From Asterionella formosa (taxonomy: Eukaryota), in contig NKIB01014054.1 of assembly GCA_002256025.1 (NCBI GenBank), positions 1 through 47,999 on the forward strand: 47,999 bases of DNA. Reading direction: 5' to 3'. Position 1 is the stretch's first letter. Each line of letters opens with the position of its first letter. Below, piece after piece: positions 24,273-34,855 of this stretch. Both the position numbers and the translations under genes were made by a program. The notes under the pieces were generated by a model. The model was not told the DNA's origin, ran no database searches, and was given only the letters and a program-made list of their open reading frames with translations.

Positions 24273-24359
24273 GACAGAGAATGCTACCCGTAGTGGAAGC
24301 TAGTGCACTAGTAATTTAGTAGCACCGTGTACAAAGCTAGCACCTGATCATGAATGTTT
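24273..24359 (+). repeat. ~85-bp palindrome-containing module, copy A
   Basis: GACAGAGAATGCTACCCGTAGTGGAAGCTAGTGCACTAGTAATTTAGTAGCACCGTGTAC...TGATCATGAATGTTT aligns with 37854-37936. Confidence 0.85.
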
Positions 24360-25465
24360 ACATATCATCAGTACGACCATCAGGTAGGAGTACCAGCAAG
24401 TTGCGGTAATTTTGCTTTCTCGTGTCATTCCCCCACCTGACAGATGCGTTCCGACTCAGCAGGCTTTGAGAAATCTTAGTTCGAAACATATAACGGCTGG
24501 CACCGCCGGCCGAAATAAATAAACAAACAAGACTATGCAAAATTCGATATTTTCAGATAATTCAGAAAAAACAGATTTGACAAATCGTCTTTTCGGGTTA
24601 AAGTAATGAAGGACTATTTAGTTTAAGCAAATGGGCTCTACTTTAAGCAAAACTACCGGTACTTTAAGCAATATTTTGCTTAAACTACTGGAGAAGTCCT
24701 TAATTCATATTCTGGCTGCTAAAACTATGAACCGGTAGACAAACACACCTACTGGTATACCGGCGAACCTTATTTCATATGTACATACCGGTATAGCTGC
24801 CTGCGTCACTACCAGTAATAGAGAAGGAAACTAATTTACTGGCTATGGTACCAGTATTGCAATTTGAGACTTCGGCTTTCTATTCTGGTGTCCCTACATC
24901 ATTGCAACTTCTAAGTTGTGGTATTTGTAGCATTCTTGTTGTTGACATTGGTACGTTTACCGCTTTAACTGATGTTACTGTCGCAAATGCGTTTGATGGA
25001 AGCCTGTTCTTCGACAGCCATATCTTTGTATATTGCCAACACATTCTGCTCCATTATGCTGTGACCATCAGTTTTTCCTCATTTCGTTTTCTCTTGTTCT
25101 TCGTGTTTTGAATGGGTACATAGTGTTCCAATGCAGCAGGGTTGAAACTGTAAGTTGAAATACTTGCACCATTCTCAATGACCTCATGTTGACTCTTTCC
25201 ACCCTGCCCATGTTTGTCATTTTCTTTTTGTTTATCAGGATTGAGCACAGAAGATTCCAGATGCTGTAAACCCGAATCATTTGGCATCCCATCCTCATTG
25301 CCATGGTTGTTGATAGACGAAAATGGCCTGAGAGTTTCATCAGTAGAGCTGGTGTCCAAACAATTGTTGTAGCCAGCTAAAAGTTCTACTAGCAATGGAT
25401 CAATGAATGCAATTCCTAATAGTAATGAATGAAAGAAATTTAGTATCATCATTTCTTATATAGTA

Positions 25466-26475
25466 TCACTTCTTTCCTATCACCATTCTAGACATACGGT
25501 TGTGGGCTTCTGTAAGGTCGTCTTCATCAGAAGAAATCTCGAGCTTTTCAAGCTGCTTGACCTCTCAAATGATAATCAACTTCCACGTTTGAAAGGACAC
25601 AAGTTGTTTCAATGAAAGTTTTGAGCCGGTATCATTAGAGAAAGGCACCTCCAACATCCGGTACCTCGCTTTCAACTTCGCTGCAACATTGAAATGCTCA
25701 AAGGAGCACTTGATTCCATCAGAAAAAAAGAAATCAATGTGCTTTTCAAAACGATCATCTTTGCTTCTAATCTTTGTTGCAGCAACTTTATAAGCACGCA
25801 TGGTAGGTTTGCAAAGCTCTGATTCCATTTCAAGTTGGTAAATCTCGTTCACCTGCTGAACCATGAACATCGGCACACACGGCTCTGTGATTGTGATCCC
25901 ACCTCCATTTTCATGAAGCACCGCCTTGACCAACTTGGAATCATGTACATCAAATAGTGGTTTCAGGAGGTCAAAACGTCTTTCAAATCGGATTTCATAA
26001 CGATTTCGTTCACACGAAATGCGAATGTTCCACCTTGATTGTTCCATGGGTATTGGACGTTGAGGACTACTTTCTCATAATCAGATTTTTGAGCCATGGT
26101 TGCAAAATGTGTTGATGTTGACCTAGTAGGTACTAGATCGATGATTGATGATTTAGCAGAAGCTTGTTGAGTAGCAGTAGATGATGCAATGGAAGGTTTT
26201 TCGATGATGGCTTCCACCAAAGGCGGGAGCAGATCAAGGAAGGAAATGCCTCGAACAACACAAAGATCCAAAAATGATGATCCTTTCTCCTCATGTAACC
26301 TAAACAAAAAAATTCGTCTATTCTGGACTCGTCTACGAAGTTGCGATCCTGGTTGGCCGAAGAGATCGAGATTGGATCTGCAGACAAAGGCAAACTTTTT
26401 TTCATTCCTATTCTCATCAAATCCTGCATGAAGAAGGCCCAGATCAAGAAAATCGGAAACAGAGAGAGGGAGCAT
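25466..26475 (-). pseudogene. Frameshifted orphan ORF (~330 aa) carried by the TIR element
   Basis: ORFs 25963-26526 and 25565-26047 join through a frameshift near 25975 and continue to ...ISSDEDDLTEAHNRMSRMVIGKK*. Contains LFGQPGSQLRRRVQNRR; no DDE motif seen. Confidence 0.6.
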
Positions 26476-27011
26476 GGTGTGTTGGAAGGAAAGGACAGGC
26501 GATTTTGTTTGGTTCAATTTGTTCATGGAATCACTGATACATTATGGGTTTGTTTGAAGATATATTTTGTTTGACTCTATTATTATCACTGTTACTCCGG
26601 AGTACCTGTCTTGTGTTTGCCGGTATAATATGATTATATTACGACAGGTACCGGTAATAGATGGGTGTGATGGCAGTGAAGGGTTGAAATGGTGACATCA
26701 CACCTACAGCAAAATTGCTACTTTAAGCAAAACTACTTTAAGGTTCCTGCATTTGAACCCCTAGGCAAAAATTAAAATATTGCTTAGGGTTGCCGAAATT
26801 CCCTGGAACTAAGAATTTTTATGAGTTAATTTTGAATGACGTGATTCCATTTGAAATATTTGAATCACTGAAAATTTGCGTGTACATACATAGATTCCTT
26901 TTCGAATTCAATAAATATATACATAAACATTCTCCATCGCTCAATGTTTATATGCCCTATCATACAATCATCATATATGTGTCAGACGAAACAAAAAAGC
27001 AACAATCAACC

Positions 27012-27430
27012 ATGAGCAAAATTACACATCAAAATGATGACAATGGTAATGAGGAATTTAACTACAGTCATGATAGTTGTCCTACCTGCCAAGACCGGTT
27101 GATTGTAGAGTCGTATGTGGAGGGATGTGAGGATCGCATCTTCTGCGAATGCTGCGATTTTTGCTGCCCTGAATGTCAGTGCCGATGGGATGAAGTCGAA
27201 GAGTTGGTAAAGAAGTTTCTGGAAGGTGAATCCATTCTTACCAGGTTGAAGGATCATGAAGAGATTATGGCATCAAGAGCCCGCAATCTTCTGTACAAGT
27301 TTCTAATCAGAGTTTTCAGTGGTCCATTGGGAAAAGGTGTTCGGATGCAACTTCCTGACTGTCGTTTGAAGGGGGTTCGATCTCTTTTGAAGAACAAGGA
27401 CCCAAAGTGTACACTGGTTTCAAACCAACT
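27012..27430 (+). pseudogene. KolX-like accessory protein (P2X7 C-terminal ballast-like Cys-rich domain)
   Basis: CPTC...CECC..CCPECQC followed by RNLLYKFLIRVFSGPLGKGVRMQLPDCRLKGVRSLL, then after a frameshift YTGFK. This matches the R..Y....G.LG.G.R..LP.C....IR...P...Y.GF pattern. Confidence 0.75.
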
Positions 27431-28600
27431 TCCAAATGTTCTAAATGTTCTAAATCTCTGTCTATACGGTGCAAGAAACCAATCAAGGAAAATGTTTGTA
27501 CCAAGAATCATGTAACTGGTAGTTCGGAAGCAATGGAACCAGATGCTGGTGTGGAAATGATGATTGATGCAGTAATGAAAAACAATGTTATCTACTCTAC
27601 AATCATCTGTGATGATGATTCTACTATTCGAGCTGTTTCTAAGTGGTCCTATAAGGAGTTATTGAAACTACAGCCATCCTTCCAATGGCCAAGAACATTG
27701 AAAGGATAAAAAAATCGGACAAAGGATGCCTTCCACTAACTGTACCCAAACCTACATTTCTGTCTGACCCATCCCACAGAGTACGGGTCCTTCTCCACCC
27801 AGCTTTTATGAAATCCAATGCCCCAGTCTCCCTCGAGCATCCCTCAAAAGCAGATTGTCTCCGGTTGAAAGTTTACTATGACGCTTGGATTAAAAAAACA
27901 AGAAACCTCTCTCTGGCCGAATTCAGTAATTCCTCCAAGGCACCAATCAACCATTTATGTGGTGGCTGCCACGATTACTGCTCTGAGACATGGTGCCCTG
28001 GCTGTAAAAGCAGGAAAAATGGTTAGTAACGGGAAATATCATGACAAGGAAAAGGAAAAAGATTTATACGAATGGTTAATGCTGCATGTTGCAACGAAAG
28101 TCGAAGGCGAAAAGCTACTATCATTGCATCATCCCTTTGACACGCAGATTAATGAGGCAATGAACAATGCATTGTCGCGATGATGTCCAAAAAACAAGAT
28201 GTTTGCGGGATCTGGAGGCCTTCAATATCGAGTGGCTTCGGTTGCTGGGCAACACACACAAGGAGCAACACAATACACAAGGAATGTATACAAGCAATGT
28301 GGAATGCAGATGTCAGCACTGCAAGAATCCTTCTGGAGACAAAAAGAAAAGCGACGAAGTGACAATGGAGCCTATTAAGCACAATTCAAACGAAAGAGGA
28401 AACGAAGCGAAAAAATACATGCAGCACGATTCGAAACAGACAAACAGGAAAGGCAAGATAACAAATCAGGTAAGACTTACGGTTCTGGTGTTGCGCTCAG
28501 AAGGGAACATCAGAAAACAAGAAGGAAAGGAACAAATCTGCAATCATTGTGGCCGCAATGATCATCAAAGGAAAAGCAGCGCACTCTGTTCATTCAATGT
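27431..28600 (+). pseudogene. Kolobok DDE transposase, N-terminally deleted and frameshifted
   Basis: CTKNHVTGSSEAME, IICDDDST (second Asp), LSDPSHR (DxxH), NHLCGGCHDYCSETWC, FDTQINEAMN (catalytic Glu) and a C-terminal knuckle CNHCGRNDH..SSALC. The region with the first catalytic Asp is absent. Confidence 0.8.
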
Positions 28601-29047
28601 ACCGGCAGGCAAAGTGCCTGATCACACTGGTATGCGTATGATCAATGATGATCAGCTACCTACTACTGTGGATATTGTACCGGCCAACACCCAAGAAAAT
28701 GTTACAGTGCGTCCAGTGTGGCCAGCTTGGGTTTGCAAGACCGCGCAAACCAGGCCAATCAATTGTCGGTAAGTAATTGAACTTGACCAATCAAAATATT
28801 TATAGTGAAGCGTGCACTTACAATGGAATTTTTTGTACAGGCGATTGTAGGACGAAAAATCGAATCACAAGACTCCTATTCCGATGATGATGTTTCGGTG
28901 ATTAGTGATTCTGATTCTGACATTTTGGTGACCGTTGAAAAGGCCGATATTGTCGAATTTTTGGACGACGATAGCTCAACGTTGGCAGGGTTTGAAGAAG
29001 AATTAAGTACATAGATAATCTTCATATAGCCCCAGAAGTTAACTTTC

Positions 29048-29169
29048 GGCGAGATACTGCAGAAAGGAACTTTGGTTTTTTACTAGGCCAAATAAACGAG
29101 TTGGCCCGGTAAAATCCACTATTTTCAGCATAGTTAAAAAACCGAAGTTCCTTTCTGCATTTTCTCGCC
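29048..29169. repeat. Subterminal ~38-bp inverted repeat inside the Kolobok 3' end
   Basis: GGCGAGATACTGCAGAAAGGAACTTTGGTTTTTTACTA (29048-29085) is near-identical to the reverse complement of 29131-29169. Confidence 0.85.
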
Positions 29170-29802
29170 AGATCATATATTCTGACGATACACATCGTTG
29201 ACCTATACCCCTAATTTGTCAGAAGACTGTATCTAAGCATATGGAAAGGGTGTATATTGGTAAAAGCTCTGTTTAGCGATATACATTTACGTTTTTCGGG
29301 TAAGAAGTGTAAGTTTGACTACTCTGACTCAATATTATTTTTTTAAACCTACCTCGAGCTAGGGGTTCAAATGCAGGAACCTTAATCAAACCTACTTTAA
29401 GCAAAACGGTCCTACTTTAAGCAAAATCAATGGAAGCAAATGGCAGAATATGCAAAACACATTGGTCTCAATATTTTAGGCTTAAAATAAAATTAATCTA
29501 AATATAATTCGAAACAACAAGCCGGCCGGTTGATTAATCAAATGGCCGTCAAAGAGATACACATGTATCAACTTGCAAGTGGAATCACCATATTGCCGGG
29601 ACGACGATGTACATAGCACTATAAGCAAAATTACCGCAACTTGCAGGTACCCTGGTACTTCGTCGTGCAATGCAATATATACAGACATATGTGTACAGTG
29701 ATTATTAACTCCATGTGTACAATACATATTAACAAATCGGTAAATGAAATCAAATGTATAACAACATTAAATGGAAACAATGAGAATGTAATAACATGCA
29801 TG

Positions 29803-31458
29803 CTAGTTAATGTGGTAGTAGCTAGTTAACAAAAGACGTACTTGTGGATTTCCACCTGTGCGTCCATCAATAAGCATTTTGTTGATTATTTGGGTCACTG
29901 AAAGTTCTTGACCATACACCTCGTCATAGATTCTGTCAATCGCTGTCTGAGCACTGTAACCATGTCTAATCTGCTCTGCAACTGAATCCCATACAACCTT
30001 GCGCCGATAATAAATGAATTTATTCCTCCCCGCCCTCTCAACCCTTGTAAATAGCCTTACTGCCTTTCTCCCTGCAATTCCGACTTCAAACTCCTGCCAT
30101 AGAACAAACAGTGACTTTGGAGTCTTGCTGAGACTACTGTTATAGGCTGCCACCATAAAAGAGCCAACAAGGTCAGCTAGCAAATTGTCACCGACTTGTT
30201 CATTGTTGATTTGTCCCTCTACATCTGCATCAATTCCAATTGTAGTTGGTGCTGTCACAGCCAATGGAACCACCGCAACTGGAGGAACACTGGAGCCTCT
30301 AAACCTTTGCCCTGGTATCCTTGAGAATCTGTTAAAAGCCGTGCTGAGCTTGCGGATATCCTTGGCCATCAATTCGACTTGTGCCTGCAACTGCTTCACA
30401 TCCCGTTGTGTTTCCTTCTGTTGACTGTACAGCCCAAGGAGTTCGTTCCTCTGCTGACTAACTCGGCGAATTTCTGTCCCTCTTACACCTGTGAGTCCTA
30501 CTTGCGCCACAACACCACCACTTCCATCCACCTGTCCTCCAACTGTGTGCATAAATTCAGCGTCAATTTCATCAATATACAGCTCCGCCTCTGAACCATT
30601 GACAAAAACCAATCATTTCTCGACAGGATTTTTGCCTTGTGGTAGACAGCGAACAAATGCGTATGCCGACCGAATTCGGCATGTCAGTGCAGGTGGTAGG
30701 TACTCTTGTAGGGTTGACTCAAAAGAAGCCCACAAAAGTGGGCATGCCAATTTCAATGCTGCAGCACGTGGATACTGTAGGGAAATATTTGGAACAACAT
30801 ATTCCAGAAGCCACTCATCCAAGAGTCCGCAATTCTCAGCAACAAGGACATACTTACATGCTGGTCCTCCAATGCAAAGAGAAGCTGCAACCTTTGCATC
30901 AGGATAAGGAAGCTCCACATCAATGTAAGTATCAATTTGTTTCTTTGTTCGTTTCCAGCGCCCTCTGAAGTCAATATCGTCTCGCGAGCAGCCGCATTGT
31001 TGTGAATATGTCGATGGATACTTTCGTAGACTGTGTGTTCCAATTGGACCACTATTTAATCTCTGGAACTCACTATTGTTCCATTCCTCCTTCAGGATCT
31101 CATATGCCCTCTTTTTCGTAACTATTGGATTGTTGGTTTCAAGAGGGAAGACCCAGGGATTTTCAGGGGATGCACCTCTGTCCATTGATTCCGTCTCAAG
31201 ATGGATCGACATGGAAAGAAGAACACAATAGAGCAGCGATATGGCTCCAAGGAGAATTTGTTTGGTTGCCTCTCTCTCTTCTTTCACATTCTTAGACCAG
31301 CACAGCTGGCAGATCAGAGCAAAGGGGAAGCGCACACAGGGCAGTACATTTTCTTTTTTTAGTTGACAACAATCATCAATGCGGCCAACCATTTGAAACT
31401 GGAATGTGCAAACGTCTGTGAATAGATTTTCCATTAGATCTAACGTTTTACTCAGCAT
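29803..31458 (-). pseudogene. CryptonS-like tyrosine recombinase with GCR1_C-like C-terminal domain
   Basis: Catalytic R (GRIDD), K (WSKNV), HSLRK, RGRW and Y (DTYID) are all present. C-terminal LSKTPKSLFVLWQEFEVGIAGRKAVRLFT...YYRRKVVWD. The two listed ORFs are in frame and separated by one TGA at 30613-30615. The N-terminus is missing. Confidence 0.85.
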
Positions 31459-31481
31459 ACATTAAAAAACTGATTGATTAT

Positions 31482-31769
31482 TCAAATATTTTGACATGTT
31501 GATGATAATTTGATATATCAACGGCCGTGTCTGTATGATCAATCAAATTTGTACATTAGGTTACTAGCATACACACGTTAGGTTATGCATATATAAGAAC
31601 TTGTATACTATATTATGGGCCAAATCTAATCAGTTACTCCAAATTGTTAATATATTGATCAAATGTTTTGTTATGTTGATGATAATTTGGATATATCAAT
31701 GACTGTGTCAGTGTGGTCAATCAAATTTTTTTGTCAGATTGTTTTCTTACACACGTCAGGTTACGCATA
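31482..31769. repeat. ~110-bp direct repeat pair (period ~177 bp) where the CryptonS N-terminus should be
   Basis: 31482-31591 and 31659-31769 share ATGTTGATGATAATTTG-ATATATCAA...TCAATCAAATTT...TACACACGTYAGGTTAYGCATA. Confidence 0.8.
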
Positions 31770-32298
31770 GTTACATCTACAACGCCGATTATTAGTACAG
31801 CTGCCACAAAAAAAGGCTAGTCAAATATGATCACCCAAATTAAAATTTTGGGTGGCCCACTATGACAAATTGGGCTATATACATAATTTAAGGGTATGAC
31901 ATCAAATATAAAATGTGATGCATCATAGAATATATATGATAGAAGTGAACTAAAATATTTTCGACAACTTCCTAAATTTTTTATAAACCCGAGGTAGAAG
32001 TCATTCTCGTGTGCACATTTTGTACTGGCCATTTTTTAGGTGTCGGTTTGACCTAAAATTCAGGGTGTTAATAAGAAGTGTCCGTGCGTAGGTCTGGTAT
32101 ATCAATAAACTATAACCCTAAATATTATATTTTTCGCACCTTAGTAGTCTGAGAGCAAAATACCAATCACCGTGGTACTCACATGTTGTTGCTTTCTCTT
32201 GTTGTAATTGCACTCAGCCCTTTCAAAGCATGGTTCTAAGATTTAGTTGTCCTTATGAGTAGAAACTTTACTCAGATGGAGCTGCCACACATTAATAA

Positions 32299-32550
32299 GG
32301 TTGCAGCATTTCAACCCTAGTTTAGAGGTAGGGTTAAAAAGTAATATTGAGTCAGACTAATCAAACACACACTTCTTGCGACTAAAACATAAATGTATAT
32401 CGCTAAACGGAGCTTTCGCAAATATACACCCTTTCCATATGCTTAGATACAGTCATTGATCAAAGTACTAGGGGTATAGGTTAACGCTATCTATCGTCAG
32501 GATATAGGATCTGGCGAGAAACTGCAGAAAGGAACTTCGGTTTTTTTACT
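32299..32550 (-). mobile_element. Solo 3'-terminal fragment of a related Kolobok subfamily, inverted
   Basis: Aligns along its length (roughly 80% by eye) with the reverse complement of 29131-29381, including AATATACACCCTTTCCATATGCTTAGATACAGTC. Diverged terminus ATAA|GGTTGCAGCATTTCAACCCTAG. Confidence 0.85.
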
Positions 32551-33097
32551 TTGCCATAAAGACTGGAAGTTTCGGGGGAAATCAGATAGCAACTTTTTCC
32601 ACCTCTGGCTTATTAGACATTTAGTATTCTTCAGATAGGATGCAAGTTAGAACCATATTATACGTTATCACCTTATCCAAATACATTCCAGTGTAAATAT
32701 TCCCGTCTCACCAAGAATTTTAAATCTCACAGCAGACAGTTCGATTCTCATTTCTACTGATGACGCAGTGTTATACTCCTACCTGATCGAGTTTTGGCTT
32801 AAAAGGTGGGAATCTTTATCCATCAATGTGTTACAATCTATTTGAATGTTGAAACTTCAGCTCAACCTAGAAGCATAGTCAGTTGCTCCCAAGAGTTGCT
32901 AGCCTCATCATACTATCCCTTTGGTCTCTGTATATATATTTGATTTCTCTGTGCCCCTATTAAGTTACACTCATACTACGACTCTGGCTTGTTCACGCCA
33001 TCAATATAATCATCAAATATTCAATGTATAGTCAGTTCGCCTAGTTTTAAATAACCACCTTTGCTTTCACACCACAGTCCCCGGAATGGGAGACTTG

Positions 33098-33907
33098 TTA
33101 GACAGTAGGCGGTGAAATACTAGGTGATTCGATGAATATCGGCACTGCCGTGACTTTCCCTTTATTGCCAGGGGCACTGGTGACCGGAGCTTGGATGCCG
33201 GCCCATTTGGTTATTAGTTCCTTAACTTGAACTGTTGTGATATCTGGCGGATTGGTTTTTGTCACTGCTGCGACTGGCGCTACAGTGACAGGTGCTAGGA
33301 TGCCAGCCTTTTTGGCGATCAGCGCTTTGATTTCAGCTACTGTGGTATGTGGTGGTTTGGGGACTGGAGCTGCAGTGACTGGAGCTTGGATGCCTGCCTC
33401 TTCGTCCAATAGAGCTTTGATGTCAGCTATTTTGATGTACGGCGGTTTGGTGACTACTTTTCCAATGACTGATGGCGCTGTGGTAACTGCTGCTCTGGTA
33501 TTAACTGCCTTGGCCGGTGATGCCATGATGTGTGGTGCCAAAGAGTGCGGTGCTATGGTGGTTGATGGCGTTGTAGAAGCTGCTGCTATGGTATCGGCTG
33601 CCTTGTGAAGTGGCGCCATTGAGTGTGGCGCCATGGTGTGTGGTGCCATGGAGTGTGGTGCCATGGAGTGTGGAGCCATGGTGTGAGGAGCCATCGTGTG
33701 TGGAGCCATGGAGTGTGAGGCCACGGAGTGTTGTTTTTTGGTAGGCACTGTGTCGGCGATTGGCGCGGTAGTGCTTGATAGATCGACCATTCCACCGCCA
33801 GCATTAAAAAGGGTACGCCCCACGGGGTCACCGTTGCTGCCACGGAAGAAATGCTGGGCGTTAGCCGATGCCAGTAGAAGTGACAAAATACTTGCTTGAA
33901 TTTTCAT
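33098..33907 (-). CDS. Secreted Pro/Thr/Ala-rich repeat protein with H(S/T)MAP pentapeptides
   Basis: Signal peptide MKIQASILSLLLASANA, then FFRG...GRTL. Eight 15-bp repeats (33611-33730) and three ~28-aa repeats of the type KPP...I/VK.LI...AGI.APVT.AP. Confidence 0.82.
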   Translation of the reverse strand: MKIQASILSLLLASANAQHFFRGSNGDPVGRTLFNAGGGMVDLSSTTAPIADTVPTKKQHSVASHSMAPHTMAPHTMAPHSMAPHSMAPHTMAPHSMAPLHKAADTIAAASTTPSTTIAPHSLAPHIMASPAKAVNTRAAVTTAPSVIGKVVTKPPYIKIADIKALLDEEAGIQAPVTAAPVPKPPHTTVAEIKALIAKKAGILAPVTVAPVAAVTKTNPPDITTVQVKELITKWAGIQAPVTSAPGNKGKVTAVPIFIESPSISPPTV

Positions 33908-34855
33908 GTTTTCTTTTTCTTTTTCCTCTGATGGATATTGATAGGTATTGTGGGGATTTTATGAATATTTCTCCGCATTTCTTTTCTTGGAATCTATTGG
34001 CCAGTATATATCAGCGATATCATTGATACAGCATGCGATCGGTCGTACCAGGAACTCAAGTTTGAAAAATCATTCACTCGCGAAAATTTGTTGAGTGTGG
34101 CCCACGACTTCGAGCACCTTAACGGATGGTAGATATAAATGTATATATATTATTACTTGAAACTATATTGAGTAATAAAATGCGTTCATTTATAATTGAA
34201 GCCATTTTATCAACTTGATCGCGCACCAAAGGACGACATGGATGGTATTACATATTCATACCCTGAATATATTTTCGTACCGGCATACAATGAATGAGGT
34301 ACCAGCACATTAGTCGCGGTAAAGTTGTTGGCATTATGATCAAAATACTCGATACACAAAAATCAAATGATATATATATGAATAAATGAATTTTATGTAT
34401 GTATGTGAGGTTTGTTAAGAGATGCTCGCGCATTCCGAGCCATAGTATCACACAGCATGCGCGCCGACAAATTCTACAATTTAATTAGTTACACACTCTG
34501 TTTTTCAGGCGTTGAGTTAGCTTGGTGCACCATGAGTTTTCCTCTGTAAAACGCAGAAATAGTACGGTACCGGTAAGTGCACCAAGAAACGGAATCAAGA
34601 ATCCATTCGCACGACAAGAAGATGCATCACTCGCAAAATAAATTAGATTCCTGTGGTATGAATAAAATTCGTGAATGTGATGTCGACCCAGTCAAATTTC
34701 TACCGGTAATTGTTAACATTACAAGTCAGTCATAATAGGAGTAAAAAATATTGTCCAATTCTTTTTCCTCTCAATAGGCATCAAAACATCGAAATTGATG
34801 CATCTTTAGACCTTGTAAATGATGAATCCTCAATCTGCCAGATTGAGGATTCATC

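Larger units (their letters stand above)
26742..29381 (+). mobile_element. Kolobok DNA transposon (internally deleted, decayed)
   Basis: Perfect 23-bp TIRs GGTTCCTGCATTTGAACCCCTAG (26742-26764 and 29359-29381). TTAA duplicated on both sides (26738-41, 29382-85), GG..CC termini, KolX-like and DDE transposase remnants. Confidence 0.9.
24393..29647. mobile_element. Non-autonomous TIR DNA transposon (TA target duplication; Tc1/mariner-like), ~2.6 kb once the nested Kolobok is removed
   Basis: 25-bp TIRs CC(A/T)GCAAGTTGCGGTAATTTTGCTT at 24393-24417 and 29623-29647 (24/25 match). TA on both flanks. Subterminal CTACTTTAAGCAAAA repeats at both ends. Confidence 0.82.

Noticed and set aside
31796..32130. 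TA|CAGCTGCCACAAAAAAAGG Tc1-like end with a small hairpin
   Set aside because: Single end only; no inverted partner or transposase.
20615..33730. CRISPR-like arrays among the tandem repeats
   Set aside because: The repeats are contiguous or coding, lack unique spacers, there are no cas genes, and the context is eukaryotic.
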